DNA from: a virus
Taxonomy: Duplodnaviria > Heunggongvirae > Uroviricota > Caudoviricetes
IMG/VR virus record: IMGVR_UViG_3300033463_000001
Span: 211,298-275,297 of that record
Length of the DNA stretch: 64,000 nt
Direction: 5' to 3' (one strand)
Position numbers and translations under genes: made by a program. Numbering within the stretch: position 1 is the first letter of the stretch; the number at the start of each line of letters is the position of its first letter. The notes below the pieces were generated by a model. The model was not told the DNA's origin, ran no database searches, and saw only the letters and a list, made by a program, of their open reading frames with translations. Shown piece after piece: positions 63,932 through 64,000 of this stretch.

Positions 63932-64000
63932 GGCAAGGAACAGTGGCTTGTACCTGTAAAAGATACAGGCAAGCGTGCGCAGGTGTTTGTCTTCGAGGCA

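Noticed and set aside
1-64000. Integrase, transposase, tRNA or attachment-site evidence for a prophage boundary
   Set aside because: None was found by eye. Intergenic regions were checked for tRNA-like GTTC/T-loop arms, without convincing hits. Whether this is a free phage or an integrated prophage cannot be decided from this window.

Overview
This 64 kb window is a gene-dense segment of a large tailed phage or prophage. No integrase, terminase, portal or polymerase is visible, so phage versus prophage cannot be decided from this window. The host is probably in Bacteroidota: three copies of a TTTG-N20-TAnnTTTG promoter drive minus-strand operons.

Layout:
- nt 1-9878: giant virion/tail structural ORFs on the + strand. 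The first is truncated by the window edge.
- 9915-22501: three tandem receptor-binding modules, each tied to a diversity-generating retroelement (DGR). There are three VR/TR pairs with adenine-specific mismatches. Two of them have an Avd plus a DGR-type reverse transcriptase. The middle one is an orphan leader+TR with a vestigial RT start.
- 22622-30542 (- strand): an operon encoding a complete Preiss-Handler NAD+ salvage route (PncA, PncB, NadD, NadE), plus a Prs-family enzyme, a Nudix hydrolase, a Thg1-like enzyme and DUF488. This is a candidate NAD+ reconstitution counter-defence system.
- 30586-32752: a Cys-rich ORF and a flotillin-like SPFH protein.
- 32866-35550: + strand structural ORFs.
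- 35593-51881 (- strand): about 45 small early-type genes. They include LemA-like, NADAR and ASCH proteins and several multi-copy paralog families, among them DUF551-like proteins with module shuffling.
- 52093-61375: giant tail fibres, including a 1664 aa fibre with an internal duplication and a fibre with a C-terminal intramolecular-chaperone (S74-like) domain.
- 61417-63931 (- strand): a DHH-DHHA1 phosphoesterase and hypothetical ORFs.

Several recurring regulatory motifs and Rho-independent terminators are listed.
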